Below the pieces are notes generated by a model that saw only the letters and a list, made by a program, of their open reading frames with translations, was not told where the DNA came from and did no database searches. A DNA stretch of 64,000 nt, taken from positions 32,001-96,000 of the IMG/VR virus record IMGVR_UViG_3300025141_000036, one strand, 5' to 3'. Made by a program: the position numbers and the translations under genes. This DNA comes from a virus. The stretch's first letter is position 1, and each line of letters opens with the position of its first letter. Below are positions 48,433-58,482 of the stretch, piece by piece.

Positions 48433-49329
48433 TTAATCTTGTTTCATAGAGTCATACTGATCAGTTGATGGCTCAGTGACTTCTTTTTGAAGTTCGTCTT
48501 CAAACTTATCAAAATATAATTTTAAATTAGTAATCAGATAGTCTACAAAGATTTTTTTATCTTCTATGTCTGCCAGCATATCATATGCATCAAGGATGTA
48601 TTGTGAGATTTTTTTGAAACATGTGAAAGCCATGTTTCTACCAGTCTCATCCATATCTGATAGTTCATTGCTAAATTCTTCAATTTCATTAGGCTCATCG
48701 TCATCTTCAACAGGAATTTTTTTATCTTCATCTTCAATGTCAACTTCAATTTCAGCTTCTTCAAGATTTTTCAAGGTTGCGTCCAACTCTTCGTCACCTT
48801 CCTCACCCGTAACATCTATATTTGTTTCGGTTTCGGACTCAGATCCATAAACCTCTTCATCAGTATTTGGCCCACCGAAATCAGGTGTAGGTTCTGCCAT
48901 CAAAGCCTGCGTGCCTTGTAAATAACTGTCATTTACTAATGAAGGAGCAAGAGCTTTCTTCACAGCAGAGATCATATGAGCCCTAAATGACTCTCTTTGA
49001 ACTTTAGAGGTAGTCATACGCTTATAATCAGTTCGGAGGGTAGTAATCATCTTTTTTAAGACATCCTCAAGGACGTTAATCCCAGTGGAACGATGAGGGT
49101 GCATATCTGAGATATCACCTTCTTTGAGGAGACCTCTAATAACTTTCCGCAACCTTTGTTCCTGCAGGAATTGTTGCTTTTCTTGTTCATACAGCATTGA
49201 CTTTATTTTTTTTCTTATATATTTTCGAACAATAGCTTCGCCAATTATTTCTTCACGCATAGGGGTTTCTTCCTTTTCATTTAATAGCTCAAACAACTGT
49301 TTAAGATTGTTTACCTCAATAATGGCCAT
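48433..49329 (-). CDS. Acidic hypothetical protein, probable virion/prohead-associated
   Basis: 298 aa; EQRLRKVIRGLLKE helix, LxE motifs. Confidence 0.55.
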   Translation of the reverse strand: MAIIEVNNLKQLFELLNEKEETPMREEIIGEAIVRKYIRKKIKSMLYEQEKQQFLQEQRLRKVIRGLLKEGDISDMHPHRSTGINVLEDVLKKMITTLRTDYKRMTTSKVQRESFRAHMISAVKKALAPSLVNDSYLQGTQALMAEPTPDFGGPNTDEEVYGSESETETNIDVTGEEGDEELDATLKNLEEAEIEVDIEDEDKKIPVEDDDEPNEIEEFSNELSDMDETGRNMAFTCFKKISQYILDAYDMLADIEDKKIFVDYLITNLKLYFDKFEDELQKEVTEPSTDQYDSMKQD

Positions 49330-50312
49330 TACTTAAGCCTTAAGCGAAGTTTTTTATTACTCTTTAAAACTTTACGGATGCTCTCTTTCAAACTACCGGT
49401 TTCCAAAAGAGCATCTTCAGGAGAAGCTCCATCATCTGCTTTCTCAGAGGTAGCAGCATCTTCGCTAGCTTCGTCTTCTGTAACAAGCCCTGATGGATCT
49501 CTGTCTTCGTGGCCAACCAACTTATCTTTTCGATTGCGATGCTCATCTTTTCGATCATCTTCATAGTCATCGTGATCATACTCAGCCTCGTCGCGGTCGT
49601 GGTCACGATCACCCTTGAGAGCCCTTAAGTGTCTTTCTATTTCTTTGATATGATCATCATCAGCATGTTCATTTTTCCAATTATTCCAAGCTTCGTCTTC
49701 GCCGCTGTCTTCTTGAAGCGCTTCGCCTTTATCCAGAGCAGAAGTTTCTTCTTTTTCTTCTTTCTCTGTTCCAGTAAAAGCAGCGGGGGATTTTCCCCAA
49801 TCATCTGTTTTATCTTCTTTAAGAATCCCAAATCTCTTCATAAGAAGTTGATTGAGTTCGTTATTTTTCCATTCATTTAATGACATTTCTTGTTTCTCCT
49901 TAAGTTTAAGATTGTCTTCGTATTCTCTAAAGTATCCGTTGCCTAATTTCATGGCTTCGTCTTCTAAATCTTTAAGATCTTTGTTTTTTAAATAGTATCC
50001 AGGCCCAGAGTATCCTCCAACATCTAGTCTACCTTCTTCGTTTTGCCAATGGTGGATTAATTCATGGGCAATAGATCGAAGCATGTCCTTTGGGTGTCTC
50101 CCATCGGTATAAACATGGATTTGGATACTATTAGGGTCATAATATGCCGTCTTTCCCAGGATATTATCTTCGTTTGAAGGTTCTGAGTCAAAAACCATTA
50201 TCGGCGGCTTATTAAAGCCGATTTTATTGTGCATATGAGAGTATAAACCTTGCACATGATCTTCTAAATCACTTAAATCTATGTTAGCTGGGTTTTTTAT
50301 CATGCAAGGCAT
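49329..50312 (-). CDS. Zn-metallopeptidase-like domain + acidic tail
   Basis: LRSIAHELIHHWQ..EDEA. Confidence 0.6.
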   Translation of the reverse strand: MPCMIKNPANIDLSDLEDHVQGLYSHMHNKIGFNKPPIMVFDSEPSNEDNILGKTAYYDPNSIQIHVYTDGRHPKDMLRSIAHELIHHWQNEEGRLDVGGYSGPGYYLKNKDLKDLEDEAMKLGNGYFREYEDNLKLKEKQEMSLNEWKNNELNQLLMKRFGILKEDKTDDWGKSPAAFTGTEKEEKEETSALDKGEALQEDSGEDEAWNNWKNEHADDDHIKEIERHLRALKGDRDHDRDEAEYDHDDYEDDRKDEHRNRKDKLVGHEDRDPSGLVTEDEASEDAATSEKADDGASPEDALLETGSLKESIRKVLKSNKKLRLRLK

Positions 50313-50319
50313 AGTCTAA

Positions 50320-50580
50320 TTAGTCCTCTAAATCCGATTTTTTCACTAAAATAAGGCTTATTTTAACAGGGTTTGAGTGCCCAAAAGGCAATATCTCGGC
50401 TATTTTGATGTCTCTTTTGTCCAATTTACCGGTGTATATGGACAGTAAGACACCGTATTTGTAGTTTCGAGTCACATTTTCGTCTGTATGTTCCCATCCT
50501 GGCCACCTAACTATCTCTCCAACCTCGAATTTTAGCGTTTGAGAGTCCCCCAAGACCTTATTCTTGAGTTTTTCGAGCAT
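50320..50580 (-). CDS. Small SH3-like protein (FEVGEIVRW)
   Basis: Probable ATG at 50580; related to the GDLV family. Confidence 0.5.
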   Translation of the reverse strand: MLEKLKNKVLGDSQTLKFEVGEIVRWPGWEHTDENVTRNYKYGVLLSIYTGKLDKRDIKIAEILPFGHSNPVKISLILVKKSDLED

Positions 50581-50593
50581 TTCTTTGCTCAAT

Positions 50594-50917
50594 TTAAGGA
50601 TTCGCGCCTGAATCGCGTCCATAATAGATGAATTCCAAGCAGTTTCCATAAGGATCCAGCAAATAGCAGCCGATAGAGCCGTCTCTATGGTGTATAATGT
50701 GACCATTTTCTGGAAAATCCTCCATTTTATCTACAAAAACACCAATATGGGAGTGTTCATAGTGTTTTTCATCGATAAGAGATAGAAAAGTATTATCTAA
50801 TTGTAATCTTTTGTAAGAGTTCGTCTCATAAACCACTTTTGAGCCGAGTTTTTTACAATACCAGGCGCTTGCTGCATTAATATCGGATACTTTGATGGCA
50901 ATATGGTCTATTTTCAC
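50594..50917 (-). CDS. VOC/glyoxalase-family protein
   Basis: IDHIAIKVSD..WY..HIGV..DPYGNCLE. Confidence 0.85.
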   Translation of the reverse strand: MKIDHIAIKVSDINAASAWYCKKLGSKVVYETNSYKRLQLDNTFLSLIDEKHYEHSHIGVFVDKMEDFPENGHIIHHRDGSIGCYLLDPYGNCLEFIYYGRDSGANP

Positions 50918-51279
50918 GAACCACTCAGTTTTTCGAGCATTTGAATGACCATTTCATCGCTCATATTGACATCTGCGGAGTCAATAGGGTCATTTTCAGG
51001 CCCAACATAGTCATATGCCCCCTCTTCCATTCCGTATTCAACGTAATGTTTAACAGTTTTAAGATAATCCGCGGCCTTTGTCAGTTTTGCTTGCACCCAC
51101 GACTCTAGTTGAGTAGTATCGGCAAGCATTTCACTTAATTCTCGCGCATATGTTTCCATATCTTGGAGTTGGCGTTTAGCCATGGCCCCCTCTTCATCAA
51201 TTTCAGGCTGCATTGGCCCTTGGGCCATAGCACATTCTTCTAAAATGATTTGTGTAAGTCGTTTTTTGCTAATTTTCAT
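50914..51279 (-). CDS. Probable internal head protein with MKISKKRLTQIILEE leader
   Basis: EEGAMAKRQL..LESWVQAKLTKAADYL motif recalled from marine T4-like phages. Confidence 0.6.
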   Translation of the reverse strand: MKISKKRLTQIILEECAMAQGPMQPEIDEEGAMAKRQLQDMETYARELSEMLADTTQLESWVQAKLTKAADYLKTVKHYVEYGMEEGAYDYVGPENDPIDSADVNMSDEMVIQMLEKLSGS

Positions 51280-51284
51280 GTTTT

Positions 51285-51362
51285 TTATTCCTTCAAGAAC
51301 GCAATGTAGAACAAAAGTAGCATAATCATAAACAATTCTTCAAAAACTGCTACTCCTAACAT
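51285..51362 (-). CDS. Putative 25-aa membrane peptide
   Basis: MLGVAVFEELFMIMLLLFYIAFLKE; ATG 2 nt after the CTATTTA motif. Confidence 0.35.
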   Translation of the reverse strand: MLGVAVFEELFMIMLLLFYIAFLKE

Positions 51363-51424
51363 GGTAAATAGAAAAATAATGGTTATTTTGATCAAATGAA
51401 AAATTTTTTCTTCTTGGTGTTGCA

Positions 51425-51781
51425 TTAATTAAACCCCATAAATTCAATTTGGTCTTTAAAGACCTTTAAAATTACTCCGATTTGCCATGTATGATGAGAA
51501 TAAACATAGCACCTCTCTTTATCATCATCAGCCCAGGGCATTAGATAGTATTCTTTATCACGAGGGACAGCAATGTGGATCTTATCATTGACAGAATAAC
51601 AAAAAATAATTCCATTTCCCTTAAATCTTACAGGTGGTAATAAGGTTCCGTCATCTTGGTGTAGGAGTTTTGCAAGCTTTAGGGCTAATTTTTCGGGATT
51701 TTTATATAAATATTCCCGTAATTTTGCTTGACTTTTAATTCCGCTATTCTCCGCCGCCACCATCGCCGCCTCCATCTCCAA
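51425..51781 (-). CDS. Hypothetical protein
   Basis: 118 aa ORF; start uncertain. Confidence 0.55.
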   Translation of the reverse strand: MEMEAAMVAAENSGIKSQAKLREYLYKNPEKLALKLAKLLHQDDGTLLPPVRFKGNGIIFCYSVNDKIHIAVPRDKEYYLMPWADDDKERCYVYSHHTWQIGVILKVFKDQIEFMGFN

Positions 51782-53009
51782 AATCTACAGGACTGTGCCC
51801 ACCAGAGCCTCCATAAGGCCAAGTAGACCACCCGGTCGACCCTTTATTGCTTGTTTTTCTCTTATTTTTGCGTTTTTTCTTTCTTTTCTTCTTTCTTTTT
51901 TCATCTAAGTCGTAAAGAAATTTTATTTTTATTTTTGGACGGGTCTTTTCCTCCTTTTCTTCCCCAATCGGCCCCCATCCACCACCGGGAGCACCCGGAG
52001 GCGCTGATTTTCCTAAAGGTTTCTTAACATTCTTATAAGGCGAACCACCTGTGCGTCCTTGTCCCGTTAATTCTTTAAAATCTTTAGGATAATCCTTCAA
52101 TCTTTGGGAAACTTTTTGATAATCTCGAGATTCAAAGACTAAATGTTTCTCTTGAATCATCAAGTTGACCGCATTTGTTAAATTTTCCGTCGCCCCTTCA
52201 GCAGATTGTAATTTATGCTCAACTTCTCGAATGTCACCACAGAAATAATCAGACAATTCCCACTGTAGCTGAACGGCGCCAACTAATTCTTCGCAAGAAT
52301 ATGGAACATAAGAGAGATAGTAATGCACTAATTTTTTTTTATTTTGCCAGAACGTCTCCAAGCTGTCTAAATATTGGAGATTTGTGATTTTTAGTTGCAT
52401 TTCTTCATTAACTTCCCTCCACAAAGCAAACTCGGGCAACTCCCCTACCATCAGGTGACCTCCGGCCGCATCCCATTCATGAGAGTCTGATCGCTGAACT
52501 ATAACAAACTTGTTGTCATTGGTAATTATAATTCCTTTTGCAACCTCTTCTGTGTCGGATAGAAGGGAATCTGCATTAATAACTTTGATATTAAAATCCG
52601 AATGGAGATGTTGGAAGGCTTCGATAGCTTCGAGTTCTTCGGGGTTGTCTTCATAGTGCAAAGAGGAGCCTAATTCGTAAAGTTTTTGTGCTTTTTTATC
52701 TCCGTTTGTGTAAAAGATGCCATCTACTTTAACGCCCAGCCCATCGAGCATAGACTTTACTGATGATTGTGGATTTTCAAGAGCTGCATTGCGTGAGGTG
52801 ACTACTAAGACAGTCACGCCTTCTTGCTCTTTAAATTTTTTAATCCTGGAAATAATAGCAGGATTTATTCCTCCAAATTGATATTGGACCTCTAGACCAT
52901 CATTTTTATTTTCGAATGACTTTACAATCGTGTTGTCAAAATCAAATGTAACCACCGTTCCATTTTTGTTTTCGTTTAATTTCTTCATTTTATCTAAAAG
53001 ATCTTTCAT
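51744..53009 (-). CDS. HAD-like phosphatase + NUDIX hydrolase fusion with basic/Gly-rich tail
   Basis: FDFDNTI..VTSR..HYEDN (HAD); GGHLMVGE..LWREVNEE (Nudix box); start at ATG 53009. Confidence 0.7.
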   Translation of the reverse strand: MKDLLDKMKKLNENKNGTVVTFDFDNTIVKSFENKNDGLEVQYQFGGINPAIISRIKKFKEQEGVTVLVVTSRNAALENPQSSVKSMLDGLGVKVDGIFYTNGDKKAQKLYELGSSLHYEDNPEELEAIEAFQHLHSDFNIKVINADSLLSDTEEVAKGIIITNDNKFVIVQRSDSHEWDAAGGHLMVGELPEFALWREVNEEMQLKITNLQYLDSLETFWQNKKKLVHYYLSYVPYSCEELVGAVQLQWELSDYFCGDIREVEHKLQSAEGATENLTNAVNLMIQEKHLVFESRDYQKVSQRLKDYPKDFKELTGQGRTGGSPYKNVKKPLGKSAPPGAPGGGWGPIGEEKEEKTRPKIKIKFLYDLDEKRKKKRKKKRKNKRKTSNKGSTGWSTWPYGGSGGHSPVDFGDGGGDGGGGE

Positions 53010-53029
53010 AATTTTATTCCTATTATAAC

Positions 53030-53058
53030 AATATAACATATTTTAGGCATTTTGTCAA
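53030..53058 (-). promoter_or_regulatory. sigma70-type promoter TTGACA-N17-TATATT
   Basis: Consensus match upstream of 53009. Confidence 0.75.
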
Positions 53059-53573
53059 CGCTTAAAACGCACTTTTATCCTCTTTCTGTGGGGCTTTTCG
53101 TTTAATGTCTTAAGATACTCTTCTCTTTCTTTGTAGCCATCAAATTCATCCACCTGAGGGCCCAATCCGTAAGTAAGAAGCCCACCAGTTGAATACATTT
53201 CTTCCAACTCTTCTTCTTTTTCGGTTAATTTTCTTCCAATTTTTTCAAAAGCGTCACCAGGAACGTCAAAAGCAGAACTGGGGGCAACCATGGGAGGCAA
53301 ATCAGGAGGTAAATCCTTTGTCATCTCTGGCGCTAGTCCATCTGAAACCAACTTATCTGGATCATCTCTGGTGGTCCCCACTGAACCAACAAGACCTCCT
53401 CCCCCCGCAGCTGATATTTCCTCTATTTGCTCTTCCTTCTTCGGACCAGAGCACATTTCTTCAGCTTCGGCCTGTTCTAGACCCTTCGGTCGGTCTGCGT
53501 CTGGTTTTTTCATCGCACACATATATTTTCTTTGTTTATCAGAGTAAACTTCTCTTATTATTTTTACTTTCAT
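53055..53573 (-). CDS. Hypothetical protein, probable internal virion protein
   Basis: MKVKIIREVYSDKQRKYMC..IEE..LEE..LNE; GAGGT SD; CTATTTA upstream. Confidence 0.55.
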   Translation of the reverse strand: MKVKIIREVYSDKQRKYMCAMKKPDADRPKGLEQAEAEEMCSGPKKEEQIEEISAAGGGGLVGSVGTTRDDPDKLVSDGLAPEMTKDLPPDLPPMVAPSSAFDVPGDAFEKIGRKLTEKEEELEEMYSTGGLLTYGLGPQVDEFDGYKEREEYLKTLNEKPHRKRIKVRFKR

Positions 53574-53610
53574 GAAGACGTACCTCACAATAAATAGTAG
53601 AGGAACTAGG

Positions 53611-54126
53611 TTAATCTGGGATCCAAAATTTTTCTCCACCAAACTCAAGAAGTGGGTGCATTATATGTCCTGATTTTTCTACATGACTCATTCCAAACGC
53701 ATGACCTAATTCATGTTCCAAAAGACGGGGCTTAAATTTGTGTTCGTTAGGTAAAACAATCTCAGCAGACATCATTTTGTTTAAAATTGTTAATCTTGAG
53801 GTTATAGCGTAAGTGTTTGGCAACAGTTCCCCCTCGGCCCTTATAAAAATTATCCCCTCGGACCACCGACCTTTACTGCAGATTTGATTATCTCTGTCCC
53901 AATGCACGTAGTCCACAACGTATCCTCTTAATCCCCACCATTCTACGGCTTTATGAACTCGATAGTTGGTTACCTGACTATCGGGGCATACAACAATAAT
54001 AGGATTATCATCCCATGCGGCAATAATGAATTTACTTTCCTCCCAAGTAACTTTCAAGTAGCTCCCTCCGATAAACCCAATAAGCCCAGAAAACAAAAGC
54101 CACCAATGATAATAATTTTTTAACAT
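53611..54126 (-). CDS. Matrixin (M10) metzincin protease, membrane-anchored
   Basis: HELGHAFGMSH plus Met-turn IMHP; N-terminal TM. Confidence 0.85.
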   Translation of the reverse strand: MLKNYYHWWLLFSGLIGFIGGSYLKVTWEESKFIIAAWDDNPIIVVCPDSQVTNYRVHKAVEWWGLRGYVVDYVHWDRDNQICSKGRWSEGIIFIRAEGELLPNTYAITSRLTILNKMMSAEIVLPNEHKFKPRLLEHELGHAFGMSHVEKSGHIMHPLLEFGGEKFWIPD

Positions 54127-55703
54127 CCCCAGATACCATATTCGATAGTAATGGTCTGGCTAGGTTGTGGAATAGAATTCTCATCGAATACAACAGAATT
54201 AGAAACGGGGTCGTAAGACCATCCGGTAGTTATTTGACCATTAACGCTTACAATTATAGAGGATTCAATAGGATCCGGCTCATCCAAAGCAAAAGTGCTT
54301 CGAACAGTAACTGTGTTTGCAAGGTCTTGCATTTGATTTCCCCAATCAGTGGCACAAATGGAATACCAATCCCCACCATAACGCTGGGTCATCTCATAAT
54401 AGCCTGAACCAAACCCAACACTTCTATGATAGAACCCGTTATTCCAAGTACAGCCTGATGGGTAGTCGCCAATTACTCCAAAGTGCCGCATCATATCAAC
54501 GTTAGGCTTAAGAGTATCAAAGAAACTAGTGTAAGCAGTCCAAGTTCCTATACTAAAGTCTGGCTCGTCTGAGACATAAATAATAACTAACGTAGCATCG
54601 TTCCGCCAAAAAGAAGTTCCCGGTGCGGCACCAGTATCATAGTCAGTATTCTGAAGCGCTCTGTGTGCCATTTCAATACCTTTTTCATAAGCAGACCCGC
54701 CGATGCTGATTAAACTGATAGTTCCTTGAGCCCAATCAACAGCGTTAGTGTTAGTGTTATCAATCCAACATACTACACCTGAACATTGGAAAAATCCTCG
54801 ATCTGTTGTGATAAATCCTAGATGAAAGTCTGCCCCGGTAGCCAAAAACACATTCATAAAGGATGTCATTTGATTAGAGAGTTCCTGTTGGAACATAGAC
54901 ATGGAACCGGAGTTATCGATAACAAAAATAATATCTAAAATAGGGATTTCTTCTTGAACATGGGTTTGTGTAATGAACTGCTCGAAGACACCTTCTCCAT
55001 ATTGTACAATTTCGACTTCTGGGGTTAAAGGATCATCCCCTCTTACGGTAATAACGCTGTCGTCAATCCCCGTGTCATCGGGGATGTAGGAGACAAGGAA
55101 ATCTACCTCTTGATTTGGTTCCAAGTTCCATGGTGGAGGAGGCAAAGAGCCAAATTCCATAAGAATGTCCACGGGCTGAGTTACCATCTGTGACACACTA
55201 TCAACTGTAAGAGGAAGATTGCCATCATTTCTGATTGTTATTCTCTCTTCATTATCACAGCCCATTGAAATAGTTCCATAATCGAACGTGAGAGGCTCCA
55301 CAGTCATTACAGGGGCATCACCACTCCCGAGGATTAGAACTTCAATCTGAGGGCTCTCATCGTCGTTAGAAACGACTTCTATAAGACCACCATTATTCTC
55401 ATATGTTTGAGGCTCATAATAGACGTCTATTTGAATTCCTTCTCCGGGTTGCAGTTCCCAATCTTCTGTCACATCATGATCAATGCTAAACCTGTCATTT
55501 CCCGCAATAAGTAAAAGGGGATCGAGTATTAATACCTCATCCCCTGCATTTACAATTGTTAATTCTTCTACGCCGGTCTCTTCGCCCGATCTTATGTTGC
55601 CAAAGTCAATAATCTCCGGCAAAACCACAATCTCAGGTTGTGGATCCTGCATTTTTGTCAATGTTATGTCTTGACAGCCTAATAAAACTCCTAATAAAAA
55701 CAT
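54120..55703 (-). CDS. Lipoprotein with two Ig-like (choice-of-anchor D/ASH) domains and a vWA (MIDAS) domain
   Basis: Lipobox LLG-C; DFG..TIxNxG..L repeats; DIIFVIDNSGSM..GFITTD..VSDEPD. Confidence 0.8.
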   Translation of the reverse strand: MFLLGVLLGCQDITLTKMQDPQPEIVVLPEIIDFGNIRSGEETGVEELTIVNAGDEVLILDPLLLIAGNDRFSIDHDVTEDWELQPGEGIQIDVYYEPQTYENNGGLIEVVSNDDESPQIEVLILGSGDAPVMTVEPLTFDYGTISMGCDNEERITIRNDGNLPLTVDSVSQMVTQPVDILMEFGSLPPPPWNLEPNQEVDFLVSYIPDDTGIDDSVITVRGDDPLTPEVEIVQYGEGVFEQFITQTHVQEEIPILDIIFVIDNSGSMSMFQQELSNQMTSFMNVFLATGADFHLGFITTDRGFFQCSGVVCWIDNTNTNAVDWAQGTISLISIGGSAYEKGIEMAHRALQNTDYDTGAAPGTSFWRNDATLVIIYVSDEPDFSIGTWTAYTSFFDTLKPNVDMMRHFGVIGDYPSGCTWNNGFYHRSVGFGSGYYEMTQRYGGDWYSICATDWGNQMQDLANTVTVRSTFALDEPDPIESSIIVSVNGQITTGWSYDPVSNSVVFDENSIPQPSQTITIEYGIWGC

Positions 55704-55757
55704 TCATAAGTCCCCCGTCTATAAGTAACTAGGGGGCCATAGACAGATTTGGAATTT

Positions 55758-56114
55758 TTATTTCATGTATTCTACGGCAAGATTGTTTTCTAGCAACAGA
55801 TCGTTGATACTTTTTTCACTTTTTTCATCATCCTCGATGTGCCAGATGGTTGCAAGATATCTACCGTACTTTCCTTTCTTATGAGACTCAACATAAATCT
55901 CTTTTCCTAAACACTTTTCCCTAACGTAATCTCGAGCTCGCCGGGCGTAACTTTTAGTTTCTTCCGTTCCTCCCCGTAATTCGGGGGTGTCTATTCCTAA
56001 AAGACGAAGTTTAATGTTACGGAGGACAACCGAAAACCCAAGATCAAGGTCAACAGTTAGAGTATCTCCATCATAGACACTTGTTACGGTCGCCTTATAA
56101 ATGTAGAGGTTCAT
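55758..56114 (-). CDS. Thermonuclease (SNase-like)
   Basis: VYDGDTL..RLLGIDTPE..GKYGRYLA. Confidence 0.9.
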   Translation of the reverse strand: MNLYIYKATVTSVYDGDTLTVDLDLGFSVVLRNIKLRLLGIDTPELRGGTEETKSYARRARDYVREKCLGKEIYVESHKKGKYGRYLATIWHIEDDEKSEKSINDLLLENNLAVEYMK

Positions 56115-58057
56115 TTGGGTTCTTTTTTAAATTTCAATAATTCATTAAGAATTCTTTGAGATTCTTCATCGAGATCCTTCGCTGGCCGACTCATTAGAAT
56201 CTCATCAGCCACTTCTGCAAGTTGATTACCAAAATCTTTTCCAAGTTGGGTCATTACTTCTACACTAAAGTTCCTTTTTGCAGCTTCCATAAAAGCGGCC
56301 AGATTTTCTCTTTGATGATCTAATTGCTCTTCGTTGAAACTAGGGTTTTGAAGCGCGTTTGTGGTCCAATTAAAATAAAGCACCATATTACCCCCATGAG
56401 AGAATCTAACTCTCTGAATGCTGTTCGAGGCATCAAAAAATTCATCCCATTCTCTGGGGATCATATTTATGACATAATCATCAGCAAGAACTTCTGTTCT
56501 TTGAAGTCTTCTAGCAGCGTTCTTATAATCTCTCACATCGTCATATGTCGCATGACCGGCCTCCGAGCCCACTTTAAGAAGTTTTCTTTTTATTCTCATA
56601 CTCATAGAAATTCTATCTTCTTGGGCAATCCATGTCAGCCTAGAAAAGTCTCCCTCTGTCCGTATATTATCTCCTTCGTAGCTTTTAACATTATAGAACC
56701 CATCGGTAATTTGCTGTTTCATTTGAGACCAAGTTGCTGTAAGTGATTTGTTTGATTTAAGTCCGAGGTACATTAAAAAATTATAAACTTTACGCTTGAC
56801 ATCTCCACCTTGAACATGCTCCCAAGCATAATTGCTAATTTCTGGCTTTCCCATTTTTTCGTAGAACCATTTGATATAGGGCCAATATTCTTCCTTTGGA
56901 ACTTGATTGCTATTTCCGAGCACCTGAATAATAGCGTTGACCCCTTGATTCCATTCAATCATCACGTGCCACCGGGGCTTTCCGGCCTCACTATAACTCA
57001 TTAAATTAAAGAGTTCACTGCCGCCCATGGATGCTTGTCCACAATTATTTAAATGTCGAGCAGACAGATCACAATTATCAGACCTTACATCATACCAAAA
57101 GAACCCGTCGTCAAATTGATGAAAAACACAAGGTTCATCCCACTCAGCAGATGCATCATCACAAGGAGTCATATCAATATTTAACAACTCATCTTCGATC
57201 CATTCATTTGTTGCACCAATAATATTAATGTTAATGTTATCATCTGCCGCCTCCTTTTCGACCTTCTTGCGAAAAGCAGTAAGTTTTTTAGCATTGGCAT
57301 CGCTGCCTTCGGAACGAGTACTGTAGCCGTCTTCATCAACGAATTGTATAATGTTGAGAATTCTGCTGGTCATTAAGTTAGCTTCTTGAAATTGTAGTGA
57401 TTGGATTTGCTGCGTGATTATATGATCGACATGCTCCGCCGGGTCTTGATCCATACCTTCGGTATCAATTGACTTCCAGAATTTACCCAGTTGTTTGTCG
57501 AGACTAGAGATCATCTTGTTCATGGCTCGAAGTTTCCCCATTGCTCCTTTATTCATTTGTGCATCTTTAATTTTATCAATCCAGCCCTTTTTTTCTTTCA
57601 AATTCAAGACCTTATTAACAAACCCTCGAGCTTTTGTGAAATCCTCTGGTCGCTCATTGGCTGTTTGAAAATAAAATGAAGTAAGATTTTTAAATACTGT
57701 AGTATATTTTTCCCAAATGTTTTCGGCGTTTAGAAACCGAAAAATCAAACTATCCATGCTATATTTGAAAAGAATGTTTTCAGCAATCTTGCCTTTGGTG
57801 GTTTGATCAGCAATGTGAGATCTCAATTCTTCGAAATGTTTAGGCCACCCCGAGTCCCAAGCTTCATGCAGCAAACCGCCGGATGGCATTTCGCCAAAAT
57901 TTTCCTCTGTTTCAGACATTACTTCCGCAATTGTCTCGTAGAGACTCGCGCGATTTAATGTTGTTTTCGTTGATTCTTTTTTCTCTTCCTCTATAACCCC
58001 CGCATCATCGAGGACTTCGGAGAGCATCTTAAATAAATTCTTTCGATTAACTTTCAC
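56111..58057 (-). CDS. Large protein with PcfJ-like domain and leader helix
   Basis: FDDGFFWY..HLNNCG..HVMIEW..IIQVLGNSNQVPKEEYWPYI. Confidence 0.55.
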   Translation of the reverse strand: MKVNRKNLFKMLSEVLDDAGVIEEEKKESTKTTLNRASLYETIAEVMSETEENFGEMPSGGLLHEAWDSGWPKHFEELRSHIADQTTKGKIAENILFKYSMDSLIFRFLNAENIWEKYTTVFKNLTSFYFQTANERPEDFTKARGFVNKVLNLKEKKGWIDKIKDAQMNKGAMGKLRAMNKMISSLDKQLGKFWKSIDTEGMDQDPAEHVDHIITQQIQSLQFQEANLMTSRILNIIQFVDEDGYSTRSEGSDANAKKLTAFRKKVEKEAADDNININIIGATNEWIEDELLNIDMTPCDDASAEWDEPCVFHQFDDGFFWYDVRSDNCDLSARHLNNCGQASMGGSELFNLMSYSEAGKPRWHVMIEWNQGVNAIIQVLGNSNQVPKEEYWPYIKWFYEKMGKPEISNYAWEHVQGGDVKRKVYNFLMYLGLKSNKSLTATWSQMKQQITDGFYNVKSYEGDNIRTEGDFSRLTWIAQEDRISMSMRIKRKLLKVGSEAGHATYDDVRDYKNAARRLQRTEVLADDYVINMIPREWDEFFDASNSIQRVRFSHGGNMVLYFNWTTNALQNPSFNEEQLDHQRENLAAFMEAAKRNFSVEVMTQLGKDFGNQLAEVADEILMSRPAKDLDEESQRILNELLKFKKEPK

Positions 58058-58482
58058 TTCTTTTTTCCTTCATATTTAAAGCCAAAGAGTCCCGGACGAG
58101 GAGCTCTTCGTGCGTTAGCATAAGGCAACTGTCCCTTGGAAGGTGGAGTGCCTAATACAGCCGAGAAATGCAACTCAAAGGCCATTTTGAATCCAGCCTT
58201 ATAGGAAGCGCTTCTATGCTCTGTTGCTACATCAATGTACTTGAGTAGACCCTTCTTGGTCTGCTTCTCACGCTTTTTAAGCAGTCGAGCAGTGGTTCTC
58301 TTCCCATCGCTGAGACCTTTGTTCCATTCTGGACCGCCAAGATCGATTGAATTTAACTCATCAGGGGAGTCCCCAACATCAGACAGAGGATTCTCAAGTT
58401 TCCCAATGCTAAAAGCATCATCATCGGACTCTCTCATTACTTCTTCAATAAGCGTAACAATCAATTGTTTCGTTAGTTTCAT
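58054..58482 (-). CDS. Hypothetical protein with MKLTKQLIVTLIEEVM leader
   Basis: Start at ATG 58482 (ATGA overlap). Confidence 0.6.
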   Translation of the reverse strand: MKLTKQLIVTLIEEVMRESDDDAFSIGKLENPLSDVGDSPDELNSIDLGGPEWNKGLSDGKRTTARLLKKREKQTKKGLLKYIDVATEHRSASYKAGFKMAFELHFSAVLGTPPSKGQLPYANARRAPRPGLFGFKYEGKKK

